A stretch of DNA of 64,000 nucleotides, from positions 768,001-832,000 of the forward strand of contig CP084166.1 in the NCBI GenBank assembly GCA_021513695.1, read 5' to 3'. Both the position numbers and the translations under genes were made by a program. Origin of the DNA: Candidatus Heimdallarchaeum aukensis (GTDB lineage: Archaea > Asgardarchaeota > Heimdallarchaeia > Heimdallarchaeales > Heimdallarchaeaceae). Each line of letters begins with the position of its first letter. Positions within the stretch are counted from its first letter, which is position 1. The notes beneath the pieces were generated by a model that saw nothing but the letters and a program-made list of their open reading frames with translations, ran no database searches and was not told the DNA's origin. This document shows, in pieces, positions 63,518-64,000 of this stretch.

Positions 63518-64000
63518 ATGAATGAAGAAAAATATAAAACTAAAGTAAATCAATTAAAATGTGAGCTATTTGGCTCTTTAGCAGTCTATAAGAAATCTTG
63601 GCAGGTTCAAAAACGTTACCCTTTAGCTATGTTCTTCTATGCTCTTTCTCCACTCCTTTGGTTGTTACCTCATCTAATATTTAGTTCTGCACTAGTAGGA
63701 GGAAGATACTCTGAAAATCTTTATTCTTTAATTGGATACGGTGACGTGCTAATATATACTTCTCTTGGATTAGTCTTTATGGCCATATTCTCTTCATCAA
63801 TGTGGGGAACAGCTTACAGTTTTAGAGACGAAGAATTCGCAGGTACTCTTGAAAACCTATACATTACGCCCATTTCTAGATACAGCATTATTTTAGGAAA
63901 GACACTATTTTACTTATCACAGGCGCTGATAGGTTGTATAATACAACTTATAGTAATAGGAATATGGTATAGAGAGGATTTTTCTTGGACAAATTTCTTG
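63518..64000 (+). CDS. second ABC-2 type permease (3' end beyond window)
   Basis: Not in the track because it has no stop. The ATG at 63518 opens MNEEKYKTKVNQLKCELFGSLAVYKKSWQVQKRYPLAMFFYALSPLLWLLPHLIF. The frame stays open to base 64000. Confidence 0.7.
   Translation, partial: MNEEKYKTKVNQLKCELFGSLAVYKKSWQVQKRYPLAMFFYALSPLLWLLPHLIFSSALVGGRYSENLYSLIGYGDVLIYTSLGLVFMAIFSSSMWGTAYSFRDEEFAGTLENLYITPISRYSIILGKTLFYLSQALIGCIIQLIVIGIWYREDFSWTNFL

Overview
The window is a very AT-rich, densely packed 64-kb chromosomal segment with about 68 protein-coding genes. I saw no rRNA, tRNA, CRISPR array, transposase or integrase. All family calls rest on motif recognition by eye, because no alignments or HMM searches could be run.

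Gene content mixes archaeal-type housekeeping and catabolic genes with proteins usually regarded as eukaryotic signatures.
- Housekeeping and catabolism: ADP-forming acyl-CoA synthetase alpha, IMP dehydrogenase, branched-chain aminotransferase, PepD, PepF, LplA, lysine 6-transaminase, split formiminotransferase and cyclodeaminase, CutA, and an RdhA/QueG-type Fe-S protein.
- Eukaryote-signature proteins: an Arf-like GTPase fused to a roadblock/longin-type domain, a Rab-like GTPase, a third Ras-like GTPase with a destroyed G3 motif, a longin plus DENN/folliculin-like protein, and two steroid-5-alpha-reductase (SRD5A) paralogs.
- Together with Shine-Dalgarno-like GGTG/GGAGG sites and frequent TTG/GTG starts, this points to an Asgard (Lokiarchaeia-like) archaeon.

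The most interesting block is 27.0-36.6 kb.
- It holds a PUA-less, DpdA-like transglycosylase (TGT fold with all catalytic and Zn motifs) in an operon with an alpha/beta hydrolase and a TPR protein.
- It holds a rubredoxin that the ORF track missed.
- It holds a tightly coupled minus-strand operon: RHH/coiled-coil, coiled-coil, and DUF6884-like/coiled-coil proteins.
- It holds a tandem active plus degenerate metallophosphoesterase followed by a protein with RtcB-like motifs.
- I read this block as a candidate, uncharacterised nucleic-acid base-exchange and repair locus. That reading is inference.

Other sequence-level observations:
- A tandem segmental duplication footprint lies at 41.4-46.1 kb, with a chimeric cutA / membrane-gene junction.
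- That duplication also left a decaying thioredoxin-like copy (CxxC changed to YxxC).
- A G/C-rich twin hairpin sits upstream of the lysine transaminase gene.
- There are two long ORF-free gaps, and one of them carries a repeated TTTCAACC motif.
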